NCBI GenBank assembly: GCA_010093745.1
Contig: MU005978.1
Coordinates: forward strand, 186,001 to 250,000
DNA length: 64,000 nucleotides
Source: Piedraia hortae CBS 480.64
Taxonomy: Eukaryota
Reading direction: 5' to 3'
The notes under the pieces were generated by a model. It did not search any database, had not been told where the DNA came from, and was given only the letters and a program-made list of their open reading frames with translations. Within the stretch, counting starts at the first letter, position 1, and the number at the start of each line of letters is the position of its first letter. Shown piece after piece: positions 46,247 to 58,150 of this stretch. Position numbers and translations under genes: made by a program.

Positions 46247-47601
46247 TTACTCGCCATTCATAAGGAACGGGCACTCTCCCTTGAAAATCCTGCTCATTTC
46301 TTCATGGGCGAGTCTGGTCTCCTCTGCGGTCGGCTTGACCGCCACAGCCTCGCCTGGATTGGGCTTTACGTCTTCCTCGACAAATTTGTCCTTGACAGCT
46401 GTCTGTGCGTCGCCACTAGCCTCCTGCACAAGAGTGGGCTGGTGCCCCACCTCACTGTGGCACAGCTCGCCCTTGTGGCTCAGTTCGCTGTGGCTTCGGT
46501 CTTCGGCATTGCCGGACACTGATGACGAGTCCACTGCGCCAGGAGGAACCTGAACATCCAGTGGCCGCGCGTCTGGTGCCGAAGCCAAGACTGCCTCTGT
46601 GGACAATCCCTGACTGGCGAATTCATTGGCGGCATTGTAATTCGACTCCGGCTTGCGAATCTCCCCATCCGTGGATGGCACAAATGCATCGGCCGGCTTG
46701 CCAGTTTCATTGGAGATGTGCTTCTCGGGCTGGGTCCCAGCATTTTCTCCATTCGCTCCATTCACCGATTCGTTGTTGAACTGCTGCGCAATTTTGATGC
46801 CATCATTCGATGGCTCAGCCGTGCTTTCCAAGGCTTCCTCGCGACTGACGTTTTTATTGATAGCTTCTTTGTTGATGATGCCCTGAGGCGCAATCTGACG
46901 AAACATTTCTAGCGGATCAAACCAGGTATCGAGTGCCTGGATTCGACAATTCTCGTCCACTTGTGCTACAGTAACGCCAAAGATCTCGATGGGACCGCCG
47001 TGGGCCTTTGCAATGATCTTCTCGCCGACGTTATTGAACCCCACATAATCATTCTTCATCTGGCCCCAATGACGCCACTTGAACGAGACCTTTGGAGGCC
47101 CGCTGTAAACCTCGATAACTTCCCAGGCAAAGGTCGGCATCATACGCTTGAAGGTTTTGTGGCTGGAAGCAAAGTCCGAATGCTCTGGAGAGTAGTATTC
47201 GTTCGGCGTGATGATGGCGTTATATGTGCCAACTTTGAGCATATGCTCTCCCGTCTGAGGCGGGCCCCCGTTGATGGCAAAGCTGTACTTGGCGTGGTCG
47301 ATGGTCCGCCAGTCAGACAGACGCGGTTTGAACGAGGCTTCCACCTCCCAGTTTTTGACCAGATTCTCAACAATCTCCTCCAGACTGCCGGCCTTGTGGT
47401 TCATCTTCTTGGCTACATACGTCAGTAACGTAACACAGCAGTGGAGTGCACAGCATGAGGTGAAGACTGACTCTCTTCCCAATACTTCCTCGTCTTGCTG
47501 TAGTCTGGGGCTCTTCCATAGCGCCATTGCACCCCCTCGTCGCCAAAGACGGCGTTGGGAGAAGTGAGAAAGTCAGCAGGTGCTGCTTCAGCGGAGGGCA
47601 T
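46247..47601 (-). CDS. Pathogen-related protein (SnoaL/NTF2-like fold family). Intron 47413-47471
   Basis: VQWRYGRAPDYSKTR..|TKKMNHKAGSLEEIVENLVKNWEVEASFK, GTYNA, FAWEVIEVYSGPPKVSFKWRHWG. The C-terminus ends CPFLMNGE. Confidence 0.85.
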
Positions 47602-50600
47602 GATGATTTGGGTGTATGTGGTAGTGGAAACCAAAGGAAACTTGGGAACGTCAACTTCAAAGTGGGGGAAAAGGAGGGGATATATATATAAGAAGTGAAT
47701 AGAGAGGAAAATGGGCAAATGATCCTCATGCAGCCACCATGCCGAAGATCGCAATTCATACTACTGCAAAGCATCGGGACCAATTCCGGTGCTCAACGGG
47801 CAATGGCCCGCATGGGCGTTGTTAGCTTTTGACAAGTGCATCTACATGCGAAAATGACTTTGAAGGATTGTTTTGCTACCTTCACTATATGACGTCCACC
47901 CTATATCGCAACGAGATATTGAACTCTTCGTTCATCGCTCAGTGGCGCGGGAGAAAAACCGTTTCCTTCCATGAGCCGGCCTCTCAAATCATGGCAATTT
48001 CCTTTTGTTGGCTTCAGCCAGATGTGAACCACGCCCAAAGAAGATTTGGAGGCTGCAAGGAGCCTCCCACGTGGGCCTCAGAGACACGCCAAAACGGCTC
48101 GGGCCGTGGAAGTCAACAGGCGAGCTTTCCCACATGGCATTGAGTTTGGAGTGGTCGGAGAAATTTCCGAGCGTGACACAGCAGGGCCACAAGACATGCA
48201 AGAGACCAGGTAGAGATGTCTCAACGGCTGCTCGGCTTTGGGTCTAGGCATGTACGCCCATGCAACGTATCCACCACCGTTTCCCACGTGGTAGCAAACC
48301 ATGCCTGCGTGCGTGGCTCCCATGCCCTTTTTTAGTTTTAGCCACATGCAGCTGCACCCCAGGTCAGATCATGATCATTTTGCAGCCCCAGACCTTGCGC
48401 AGACCACGCAGCTTCCGCATGAGGAAGTCCCGGATCTCCCGGATCTCTGCCCTGATCGACACGAGACACGCAACGTTGAAACCGTTTGTGGCTGTAAGCC
48501 GCAAGCCAATGAGACAAGCCATCTTTGGTCCGCGAGACAAACATGTATCAGTCTCGTGAATTGCACAACTGCGCACCTCAACAAACTTCGTGTACTCACC
48601 GACGTCGGACGAAGTGGCGGGTTCCGCCGAATGCTTTCTCCTCTGTGGTTGAGACGCGTCATTGTGGCGCGAGCCTGCGCCACCCGCTGTCAAAAACCCC
48701 GCCCCCGCGGCAGCCATTGAAAGCTCTTGTGGCTGGGAAGCGGGAAGTAGCAGGCCCGATTCAACGCGGAGTTCGCAGCGATTGAGGTACCCGATACGAG
48801 CAGATAAAAAGCCACTCAGAGTTGCAGACTGAGAATCGGAAAACACCATTTGCATGTTTCCACGACTCCCCTTCCTCACCTCTAATACCTATCCAAAACA
48901 TCATGTCGATTTGTCAGGGAGATAGACGAGCGGTAGCCACACGTTCATGTGAATGTTAACTACCTCGACGTGTCGATCCTAATTTTTTTTTCTCTTGTGA
49001 TATCGCTAGAAGAGGCAGGACAAGCCCCGCGGGAGATTTGTGGACTGAGTCTTTGTCATGCACCAGATGGCGTTGATCCTCTTGAATACCTTCCCGTCTT
49101 CCTGACTAATCTCGGCGAGATACGCAGCCCAGAGGTTCTCCCTCGCTTACGTGCCGTCTGGGAAGCCCTTCCTTTCCGAGCATCAACGGAATCGTTTGAC
49201 AGATAGGGCGGCGGGGGTAGAGTCGGTGTATGGCGCCATGTTACATGATCTTGTCTAGGTGGCTCCTTGATGTTGCAGGTCTCGAATAACATAGTGTCAC
49301 TGTGTTGCTCCTTCGGCACCAGCTCTTCCAAGTGAAGGCTCATCCAAAGAATTGTTCAAACCCTGCGCTAGGAATGAAAGCCCAGTAGGCAGTTTCAGCC
49401 TAGTTCACGCTTTCATCTTACCTCGGGTGATTGGTATAAGGTGGATTGGGGAAGAAGGACTTGCCGACACGATGGGGCTTGGAGCAACCTTGGAAGAGGG
49501 AGCCAACCTTGTAAAATCATCCTGAAGGTGTATTGGCGGTTACTTCGGATCACCCAAGTGTTGGGGTTGGAAGCTCGTGTGGCTCTGGTGAAGCAAATCG
49601 TTATATCAGTTACCATCCATGACAGTATCCGGCTGTTTATCAAGTACTCAGAGTCAGACACTTTTTGATTCAAAGTATCCCGTGATCGTGTTCGTTGATT
49701 ATTATCGATCCGTCATTTCTCTTCACAACCACCATTGCGGCAGTGCTCGTCAATATCATACCATCATGCCACCAACTAGTGTTCATTGGAAAGTCCAATC
49801 TATCAACTACCATTACTTACCTTTCCTCAAGCCTGAAGCATGATCATCGTCACGATGAACACACCCTTAAATGCAACAATCTTCCATCCGTGTGGATAGC
49901 CAGAGCACAGGGCAAAAAAAAACCTCTCACGGGTAAAAATGCAGCGGGCCCAAAAAGGAAAAAAAAACATCTCGAGTACTGTAGTCAGTCCTAATCAAAG
50001 CTCAGCAAGGACAGTGCTATTGGAGCTGGGAAGAATGTAATCTCTTACGCCTCCATTCATTTCCCCGACAAATACTTCATCCCATCGTTATACCCATGAA
50101 CATGTAGAAAGAGAAGTGGAGGTCCATTGTTATCATGGACGGAATTCATGGAGATTAGAACCGAATCAAAAGAAAAGTCGTGAGAACTATCATATTTCAC
50201 GTTTCCATATTTTATATCCTAGACTTGCCAAGTCTTTGGTATGTCACGAAGTCAGCACTCCCCATGTAAGGTCTGCAGAATATCTATGGGCAAATCTTCT
50301 CAACCAACCCATTTTGAAATTAAAAGTCTCGCCACAATGTCTTTGCACTGTGGCGCATCAATATGAGCGCCGACGATCGGGTTTTCACTCGCCCATCGAA
50401 TCGGTTTTTCGGTGTCGATTGGGAAGTTGCCCGTTTCCACATAAGGAATGTCATTGCAGGGGTTGACAATGTCATGCACGACTCGTGAAGTGACACAACA
50501 GAATCTTCCCATTTCAAGAGCAAGTGAAAATTTAAAGGAATGCATGAGGAGTCAGAGTAGTCATTTTTTTCTCGTGATCTGCGGAGTATCACTGCCTCGT

Positions 50601-51064
50601 TTCTACGCGAATGGGTGGGAATACAGTTATCACCAGGGGCGCGGTATCCGTGACTAATAGTCACGATATATTTGAGAGGGACTAATTGTTATGAGATTGT
50701 AGTCTTCCTCATCTCGCAAACTCAATTTGACACCCGCTATTGAATTTTTCTGATCGTCGTGTTGCGAGGAGAAAGGTGCGATAGCTATCACTATGATGCT
50801 ACACAAACACAAGAGATCTCGCGACGAATCGGTTTTACGTTTGTTCAAGCAACTTTCATGAACCCACACGATTCAATACCTCTCGCGAGTTGTCCAACAG
50901 CATGGAAGCTCCACGCACGAATCTCTTACGGGATCCCCGCCCTATCTTACCGAGAGCAAACGCAGCAGGACCGTAGTTCCCAGGCCCTCTCTCCATGCCA
51001 CAACCCCCTCCCATCCAACCCAGCACACAAAAGTTCCCAGATCATTCCCCTCCAAACACAAGAT

Positions 51065-52039
51065 CTACACCCCCAGAATTCCCCTCCAAACCTGCGCACC
51101 CTCCTTCGCAAGTCTCACACACTCCCCCAATCCCTCAAACCCAATCATCTCCCCACCCCCCTTCTCAACCCTCACCACTCTTCCACTGCTCACATCAACC
51201 GTAACAGTAACACCCTCCTTACAAACCCCCACCTCAAACGCATCCGGATCGGCGAGGACCCACTCTTTAACCCCCACAAACGTGAACGGAACAGGCCACG
51301 CTTTAACCCTCAACGACGCCGTCGCCGCATCCCCACACACCAAACCCTGCCGATCCAAATCCCAATCCATAATAGGAAGTTTCACATCCCCAAGCGCAGC
51401 GAGCGTAGCCGCCACCGCGGCAGGGAACGGATCCCCATCTAACGAGAGACAGATAATATCAATGTAGAGCGTCCAGTGGGCCTTCAGGACCACCTCAGTG
51501 CCATTCTCTCGATCCGAAGGATCTAGTTCCATAGCAACCATACCGGGGGTATCTTCCTCCGTGGACTTGCTATCGCCCCCCGTCCGGGGGATTTTGCAGA
51601 AGATTCTTAAATCCCGCGGATCTATAACCCCTGCAGCGAGGAGCAGGGAGAGGATCCTATAACTTATCGTCTGCGCTGGTGCGCTCGGGGGCCCAGAACC
51701 TATATTCAAATCGACGTTCGGGACGAGGAGGTTGAGGGTTTCGATTTCATCTTTGTTTTCGTTTTCATGGGGTGCTTCTTCGTTTAGGTTGGGAATGTCT
51801 TCTCGATTTAGGATTTCGCCGCGTATGCCGCAGACGATGGAACTTCCTCCGGTTCGGACAACGGCGCTTCCGTGGCAGTTTGCGAGAGAGCCGGTTTGGA
51901 TGTGTGCGTCCCGGGACTGGGTTGGTTCGCGGCCGTTGGGGCGGATTTTGTGCGGGGCGAGGTGCGTGAGGAGGTAGGGGAGGGGGGTTAATTTTGAGAA
52001 GGTTTCTCTTGGGATTGACATGGGTTCGGGGGTGGGCAT
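51065..52039 (-). CDS. RRP43: Exosome complex subunit Rrp43 (RNase PH fold)
   Basis: IRPNGR, GSAVVRTG, LLVPNVDL, WTLYIDIICLSLDG, LADPDAFE. Confidence 0.88.
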   Translation of the reverse strand: MPTPEPMSIPRETFSKLTPLPYLLTHLAPHKIRPNGREPTQSRDAHIQTGSLANCHGSAVVRTGGSSIVCGIRGEILNREDIPNLNEEAPHENENKDEIETLNLLVPNVDLNIGSGPPSAPAQTISYRILSLLLAAGVIDPRDLRIFCKIPRTGGDSKSTEEDTPGMVAMELDPSDRENGTEVVLKAHWTLYIDIICLSLDGDPFPAAVAATLAALGDVKLPIMDWDLDRQGLVCGDAATASLRVKAWPVPFTFVGVKEWVLADPDAFEVGVCKEGVTVTVDVSSGRVVRVEKGGGEMIGFEGLGECVRLAKEGAQVWRGILGV

Positions 52040-52216
52040 TGTTTGGTTCTGGATTTGGTGGGTTCTGGATTTGGTGGGTGGTGTGGTGTTGAGAGCCGGA
52101 AGAGGCTAGTGCGGTTGGGAGGGACATAAAATTTGTTTGGTGGTATCCGTGGAGATTTCTTCCTACGGATATGCTAATATCATGACCCTGGTCGTGTTTT
52201 GTTCTACGTTACATTG

Positions 52217-53380
52217 CTACGACAACATGGAAGCAATCCTCTCGATATCTTCCGTCAGCTCCTGTATGCACACACCTAGGGTCCGCTTATTGTGCCCTCC
52301 AAAGTACAATAATCCCGCGGGCTGATCAATCGTTCCTTTAAGACGCTGGCTCTCAATCATGGTTGCAGCGTAATTTTCAGCCCGCTCGGCATCAACCCCA
52401 AGTTGCATGCCCAGCGCAGCGAAGCTGATGTTGAGATAGATCTTGGAAACAGCAAGTAAATTGTGCTCCAGAATTGCCTTTTCCAGAACAGTGCTCCCAT
52501 CTGAGGTCCTGGCGACCTGGTGCTCCTGCAATCTGGAAGCAAATGACTTTACTTCCTCCGGTGCAAGGATACGCTCCAAATGAATCTTCTCAAGGATACC
52601 GCACTCTTCCGTCTCCGCAGACCGCGAATCTTTGTATAGTGTGCCCAGCTGACGCGATCGCGCCGGTCCGGCTGGGGCGAGAATGGCACATTTAATGGCC
52701 GCACTGAGGGCCTGCATGCGCTCGCCTTGGTCAATATGCTGGTTCTGCGAGAGTGAGTAATAGACAATAGAAGCATCGAGAAAGTTCCTCTGGCTATCGT
52801 GAATACGAGCTTGGCTCAGAGAGAAGTGGAGCAGCGTCGTCTTATTTGTGACGTTATGCCCAACCTGCTTAACTTTGTTCAGGAAGACTGACGCATCAGT
52901 AGGGTTGTCGTCTTCCAAGTAGCATCTGCAGATACGCATCCATATCTCAGCTTTGATGTCTTCTGACAGCTTTCTATTGCTGGAAGCCTCAAGCTTGATG
53001 GTCTGCAGAGCTCGTGCGCTGCTCGTAAAGTCTTCGTTTTCTTCATACGCCGCGCTGAGGGCAAGCTTCAAATCGCAGTCTTGCTGTTCGAAGCTGACAA
53101 TGCGCGGTTGAAGCATATGAACAATTTGTGGTCCTGCCTGAATCTTGACTTGTCTATCTGGGATCTCGGAAAACTTGTCCACAAAGCTGGTCAGAAGCGG
53201 CCGCGAATGCACGACGCCGACATAATCTGAAAGTATTGCACGAACATATGCAATCAAATTATCGGGGAGTTGACCGGTTGTGTCGGTAAGAATGTTCTGT
53301 AAGATCTGGTTGAATGCTTGAGCACGTTCATTTGGACTTGCAATCTTCTCTGCCTGGGACAGTTGGTTAACGAAGGACAT
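52217..53380 (-). CDS. CSN4: COP9 signalosome subunit 4 (PCI domain)
   Basis: PRIVSFEQQ, ARIHDSQRNF, CAILAPAGPARSR, DGSTVLEKAILEHNLLA. Confidence 0.93.
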   Translation of the reverse strand: MSFVNQLSQAEKIASPNERAQAFNQILQNILTDTTGQLPDNLIAYVRAILSDYVGVVHSRPLLTSFVDKFSEIPDRQVKIQAGPQIVHMLQPRIVSFEQQDCDLKLALSAAYEENEDFTSSARALQTIKLEASSNRKLSEDIKAEIWMRICRCYLEDDNPTDASVFLNKVKQVGHNVTNKTTLLHFSLSQARIHDSQRNFLDASIVYYSLSQNQHIDQGERMQALSAAIKCAILAPAGPARSRQLGTLYKDSRSAETEECGILEKIHLERILAPEEVKSFASRLQEHQVARTSDGSTVLEKAILEHNLLAVSKIYLNISFAALGMQLGVDAERAENYAATMIESQRLKGTIDQPAGLLYFGGHNKRTLGVCIQELTEDIERIASMLS

Positions 53381-53547
53381 GTTTGTTTGCAGGAGTCTGA
53401 GTAGAAGGCATAAGTTTTGATAAGTGACGCTGACTAAGCCAAAGCCAGATGGAAAATATCCCTGATCAGGTTAGCGATGTTACTGACTCAAGCATGTGAT
53501 ATCCCAATCAAGCTAGGATATCACAGACTAGCACCTGACTAAGCCGC

Positions 53548-54594
53548 ATGCCACAGCATTCCGCATCAGTTGTTCAACAACAAGACATGGTCTATATCAA
53601 ACCGGAGATCAAGCTGGACAGCCCAGAGGAGGAAAAGGACGTGTTCGAACCTGAAACTGAACTGTACATTCCGGGCGACGATACGCAGGCGTGGCTGATC
53701 CGCGTGCCCCGAGATGTTTGGCACACGTGGAGCAACATCTACGACAATGCGCCAGATGGCACCAAGATCTCGCTTGGCCGGATGTGGGTGCGTAATCCAA
53801 AGGCCCAGCAGTCACCGCTGGACCAGGAAGTCCGCATCATCCTTAACGACATCCCGCAGCAAATGGGAGTGCCCAAGAAGTACGAAATGAAGCTGGACAC
53901 AACCGACTACAGCAACGTTGTCGTATTCTCCGAGTCAGATTTGGAGCGGCCGCGCAGCAACAGCGGCCTCAAACCTGGCGGCATATCCAAAGAAGATCGC
54001 TATGGACCTGGCTACAAAACACAAGTGCTGAAGCGCACGGGGTTGATGTCCAAGGTTGTGCATATGGGCAAGGCCATGCACGTACAGGACGCGAATTACA
54101 ATGCCCTCCGGCGCAAACAGTGGGAAGAATCGGCGGTGCCCAAGCAGAAGGCCACATATATCGACCAAGTGGACAAGAATCTGCTGCAGGCCGGCTCCGG
54201 CTTATCCATGGGCGGCCTCGGGTCAAGTCGCCGGTCCAAGGGCAAGAAGCGCGACGCTCCCGACAAATTCGTTCGCATGGAAAAGGCCGACCTCATGCGT
54301 GGGCTGGAGGCGTGCTTCCGCAAGTATCAGTACTGGTCTACGGCGACATTGAGACTGGAACTGAAGCAGCCCGAGGCGTGGATAAAGGAAACGCTCGAGG
54401 AGATTGCTACTTTTGTGCGTACAGGAGATTTTGCCTCGACGTGGAAACTAAAGCCCGAATATGCGAATGTCCTGCATAACCATGAGGCGCTGGAAGCCGT
54501 GGCAAAGGTGGAAAGTGGGGGAGAGTTAATGACGAGAGACGAAGACGAAGATGAAGGGGAGGACGAGTTCGAGGATGTCGGAACAAACCCTTAG
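53548..54594 (+). CDS. TFG2: Transcription initiation factor IIF beta subunit
   Basis: AWLIRVP N-terminal motif and winged-helix FRKYQYWS..LKQPEAWIKETLEEIA..WKLKPEY. Confidence 0.88.
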   Translation: MPQHSASVVQQQDMVYIKPEIKLDSPEEEKDVFEPETELYIPGDDTQAWLIRVPRDVWHTWSNIYDNAPDGTKISLGRMWVRNPKAQQSPLDQEVRIILNDIPQQMGVPKKYEMKLDTTDYSNVVVFSESDLERPRSNSGLKPGGISKEDRYGPGYKTQVLKRTGLMSKVVHMGKAMHVQDANYNALRRKQWEESAVPKQKATYIDQVDKNLLQAGSGLSMGGLGSSRRSKGKKRDAPDKFVRMEKADLMRGLEACFRKYQYWSTATLRLELKQPEAWIKETLEEIATFVRTGDFASTWKLKPEYANVLHNHEALEAVAKVESGGELMTRDEDEDEGEDEFEDVGTNP

Positions 54595-54680
54595 CCTGGC
54601 TACCCAAGGTACGTGTAGCTCGACATAACGAGACTGAATGAATAGAATGAGACTGCAATGCTGTATCAGTAACAGATAAT

Positions 54681-56420
54681 CTACTCATCCCCCTCGGGAA
54701 TAGTCGACTCCATGCCGTCCTCCTCAAACGTGTCCCGCGGCACCTGGTAGAAGCGAATGGTTGGCCTGTTAGGGTCCTTGACCAGCACATATTTGCCGTC
54801 TTCTGCCTTCATCACCATGTCGACAAACGTCCGCACGATCGCCCAACCGTTGTTAAGGTTCAGGTTCATCTGCGCGGCGAATTCACGCGGCTTATAGCCT
54901 AGGACACCAAGGACTACATGTTCCGCCGTGCTCTTTGGATTCGCGCGCGAGACAAAGCCGAGCTTCATGAGGTCGGCGCGCGCCAAGATGGCCTGCGTTG
55001 TCCATCTTGCCAGTTTGCAGCTGTTGTTCTTCATCTCCGTCGCAACAACGGCGCCGCGCTGCGATGCCAGCTTACTACGCCACTCCAACGCGCCGCCTGA
55101 GCCCTGGGCTTTGTTGTCAAACTCGTTCAGTGCTTTGATGACGAGCATCTGGTCGTCTCCATTGATGGCATTCTTGCCCACAGCATCCAGCTCGGTACGC
55201 ACAATGAGGTGCAGCGGCTCAGCGTCGGCCTCGAGCGAGAGATCGAAGCGGCGGTACTTGTACGCCTTGGACGCCGGCGGATCCGTCTCAACAGAGGCAT
55301 TGTAGAAGGGATGGTCGTTGCTCATATCATGTCGCCCGGCCTCGGACTCGTTGACAACCTGCAGCGGAAAGACATTGTTGATATGTGTCGCTTCTTCCTT
55401 GAGCGCAGCAGGGCTATTGATTTGGTCCTTGTTGCCCTCAGACATCTCTAGCGGCGCATCGGCTGCGTTCTCGTTAACGGTGACCATGTCCAGCGACGAG
55501 CCCTCGCGCTTGTCAATGAAGACATGGCCGCCCTGCTTGACCATGACAATGTCCCAGCTGTACACTGACCGCGGCGCGCACATGAGCATTGATAGGATGT
55601 TGTCTGTCGCAAACACCGTCGCCTCGTCGCGCTCCGCCAGCTCCTGAATCACGGGGTCTGAAGACGTCGTTACGTTGTATGCCGCCCGGTCCAAGACCTG
55701 TAACTTTCGCATGCTGGCCGGCGCCCCCGGTTGCTTATCGTAGACGCGATCATACTGGTACAGGAATCCATAGTCGTCCAAGTCCTCGCCGTCTCCCGTG
55801 TCGAGGTTCAGCTTCGACAGCCGACTAAAGTCAATCTCCTCCATCAGTCGCCAGCTGTCCTTGGGCTGCACTGACGCCTCGCGGTTCCGTTGGGGCTTGT
55901 CGTAGTCTTTCCACCCGAACCGTCGTCCACCGCGTCCGCCTCGCCCACGTCCTGAGTCGTAACTCTGCTGCCCGCCACGACCGCCGACTCGCTGGAACGT
56001 TCCACGGCCGCCTCGCTGCTGAACCGCCCCACGCTGTCCTCTACCACGGAAGACGGCATTTCCACGGCTGCTAAAACCCCGTCCGCGAGCCCAAGTCTGC
56101 GACCGGTCTACCAGGGAGAACGAGCTTTCTTCATTTTGCTGCTCAAGGCTGAAAACCGTCTGGAGACCACCGGGTCCTGCAGCACCGTAGATATGGTCCC
56201 GATACCGCCTGTCATGGGCCTGGCGTCCGCCACGCTCACGGTCTTTGCCCTCAGTTGTCCAGTCAGCAATGCGGCTTAGCTTGTCGCCCTTGGAGAACGG
56301 GGCATATGGGACACCATTTAGCGTTGTTTCCGTCGTAGTCACAGGCCCCCAGGTAGACTCCGTGGATATCTCCTCAATTGCCTTCCTCAGCTCCTCGAAG
56401 GACATGATGGCGGCAGTCAT
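54681..56420 (-). CDS. eIF3d: Eukaryotic translation initiation factor 3 subunit D
   Basis: [62 protein letters not shown]. Confidence 0.95.
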   Translation of the reverse strand: MTAAIMSFEELRKAIEEISTESTWGPVTTTETTLNGVPYAPFSKGDKLSRIADWTTEGKDRERGGRQAHDRRYRDHIYGAAGPGGLQTVFSLEQQNEESSFSLVDRSQTWARGRGFSSRGNAVFRGRGQRGAVQQRGGRGTFQRVGGRGGQQSYDSGRGRGGRGGRRFGWKDYDKPQRNREASVQPKDSWRLMEEIDFSRLSKLNLDTGDGEDLDDYGFLYQYDRVYDKQPGAPASMRKLQVLDRAAYNVTTSSDPVIQELAERDEATVFATDNILSMLMCAPRSVYSWDIVMVKQGGHVFIDKREGSSLDMVTVNENAADAPLEMSEGNKDQINSPAALKEEATHINNVFPLQVVNESEAGRHDMSNDHPFYNASVETDPPASKAYKYRRFDLSLEADAEPLHLIVRTELDAVGKNAINGDDQMLVIKALNEFDNKAQGSGGALEWRSKLASQRGAVVATEMKNNSCKLARWTTQAILARADLMKLGFVSRANPKSTAEHVVLGVLGYKPREFAAQMNLNLNNGWAIVRTFVDMVMKAEDGKYVLVKDPNRPTIRFYQVPRDTFEEDGMESTIPEGDE

Positions 56421-56477
56421 TGAAATTCAAAAAGATTTCATGGTGGGAGTGGGGCTGGCCGGACCGTCCCGCAAGCG

Positions 56478-56511
56478 TCACATCACATCACATCACATCA
56501 CATCACATCAT
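56478..56511. repeat. (TCACA)n pentanucleotide microsatellite just upstream of eIF3d
   Basis: About 6.5 perfect units. Confidence 0.9.
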
Positions 56512-56800
56512 GTGCGGCAAAGGATGAGGCTCGTTAAAAGGGCTGTTGTGCCGAATGTTCTCGTCCGAGTCCGCGTGTAACGCTGAGCTTGTGAGAACCC
56601 TCAGATCTGTCACGTGTGACGCCTTTAACACCATCCTATTTGCCTTCAAAACAGACTCTAAGGATCAATAATTGCTTTGTTTCCCGCTGTGAATGACTGC
56701 CACACGCCCATGTTCTTGAACCAACTTCCAAACACGGCAATGGGTGTGAAGAGTTTGTCCCAAAAGGTTAGGCGTGCTCCAACAGTGGGAAGACTGACAC

Positions 56801-58066
56801 ATGGTTATCCATCTCCGCATCCACGCGGCTGCGCCGTCAGGCCGAGATGACGACGCCAAGTATCGTGCTCAGGCGATAGCTTACACCAAATTTAAGAGAC
56901 AGGTTCCGCGTGAAAGACAGACTCCTGAGCGTCGCCATACTTGTGATGCAGTTTTCAAAAGATGCGTCCGAAGAGACAGTAATTCTTCACTTGAACAAAG
57001 TTCTAAGCCAATAGATAATTTGAGAATCATGACACTGTCCATTAGACCGAGTATATCCGACTATGTTCCTGCAAGAGGTAGTCAAGGGAGCGTTCAGTCT
57101 AATCAGGACACTTGGGTCTCATACTTGGAAACGCCAGACTTCAAACGTCGGACCAAACGACCAAACAACGAAGGTCCAGAAAGCCCGCTTCAGAGCCGAC
57201 CGAAAAAGCGGTTTCGTGCTGAGTTCAACCCCGACCCACCCGTTCCTCCCGAGCAACGACCTCCCCAAGCCGCAAGTAATGGAAGTTCTCAATTGCCATC
57301 CACATATTCACTCAGCATTTCGCCTATGGATAGCTCAGCAGATCAGTCAACCCCATCACTCAATAGGACCCCCACGAAAGCTCCTAAGCTGCAGCCTGCC
57401 AACAGGACAGAGCCAAAGGCCAGCATACAGCCCGATAAAGGTTCAGAATTGGGGCCACTTGGGTCACCACAGTCGACTAATTCTTTGGACTTTGTCAGAA
57501 GAATAAGACCCGCCAAGACTTTCCAGGCTCAGGATGCAGAGAAGTCAGTGGAAGCTCAAAAAGCCAAGAAAGCTGCTGAAACAGTGGAGAATGCTGAGAA
57601 GTATCAAGATCTCTCTGAGCTCCCTATCGACATCCGGCCGCCTGAGCCTAATTCGACTGCCACAAAATTCATAACCCACGTCACAAGTAGTCTGGATCTG
57701 CTGGTGAGGAACGAGCAACTTTCCGATATATATAAGCCCGTCAATGTCGCACGACGTCCTCGTTTACTGGAACGGGGCCACTGGCTCATGGTCTCGGATG
57801 GATGGCCACCAAAGCTGCAGTGTCAATTCTGGCTGTTTTTGGTCAATTTTGTCGGGCAAGGCAAGGCTGGTTGGGGGGTCTGGTGCAGACGAGAGACCCA
57901 GTCTTCATCTGACTTGGGCACAGTCAAAGTCTACTGTTGGGGCGAACTAGTGCGGCACATATACCTCTTGCTGTATGTCGCGAGCAACAGCAAAGTTAAA
58001 AAATTGGGGCTGAAGTGGGTCGATGCCGAAGGCAAGGTTGTTGTAGAGATGCAATCTGCTTCGTGA
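56801..58066 (+). CDS. Conserved ascomycete hypothetical protein
   Basis: Intact 421-aa ORF with a disordered middle and a Trp-rich C-terminal domain (ERGHW..FW..G.AGWGVWC.R..VYCWGE..HIYLLLYVAS). Confidence 0.75.
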   Translation: MVIHLRIHAAAPSGRDDDAKYRAQAIAYTKFKRQVPRERQTPERRHTCDAVFKRCVRRDSNSSLEQSSKPIDNLRIMTLSIRPSISDYVPARGSQGSVQSNQDTWVSYLETPDFKRRTKRPNNEGPESPLQSRPKKRFRAEFNPDPPVPPEQRPPQAASNGSSQLPSTYSLSISPMDSSADQSTPSLNRTPTKAPKLQPANRTEPKASIQPDKGSELGPLGSPQSTNSLDFVRRIRPAKTFQAQDAEKSVEAQKAKKAAETVENAEKYQDLSELPIDIRPPEPNSTATKFITHVTSSLDLLVRNEQLSDIYKPVNVARRPRLLERGHWLMVSDGWPPKLQCQFWLFLVNFVGQGKAGWGVWCRRETQSSSDLGTVKVYCWGELVRHIYLLLYVASNSKVKKLGLKWVDAEGKVVVEMQSAS

Positions 58067-58150
58067 CCCGTTCAATCCGATCCCATAGTACCGTGACAGC
58101 TGTCACTGCCCCACAAGTAGCGGATCCACACACAACGTTTTCAATCTGCA

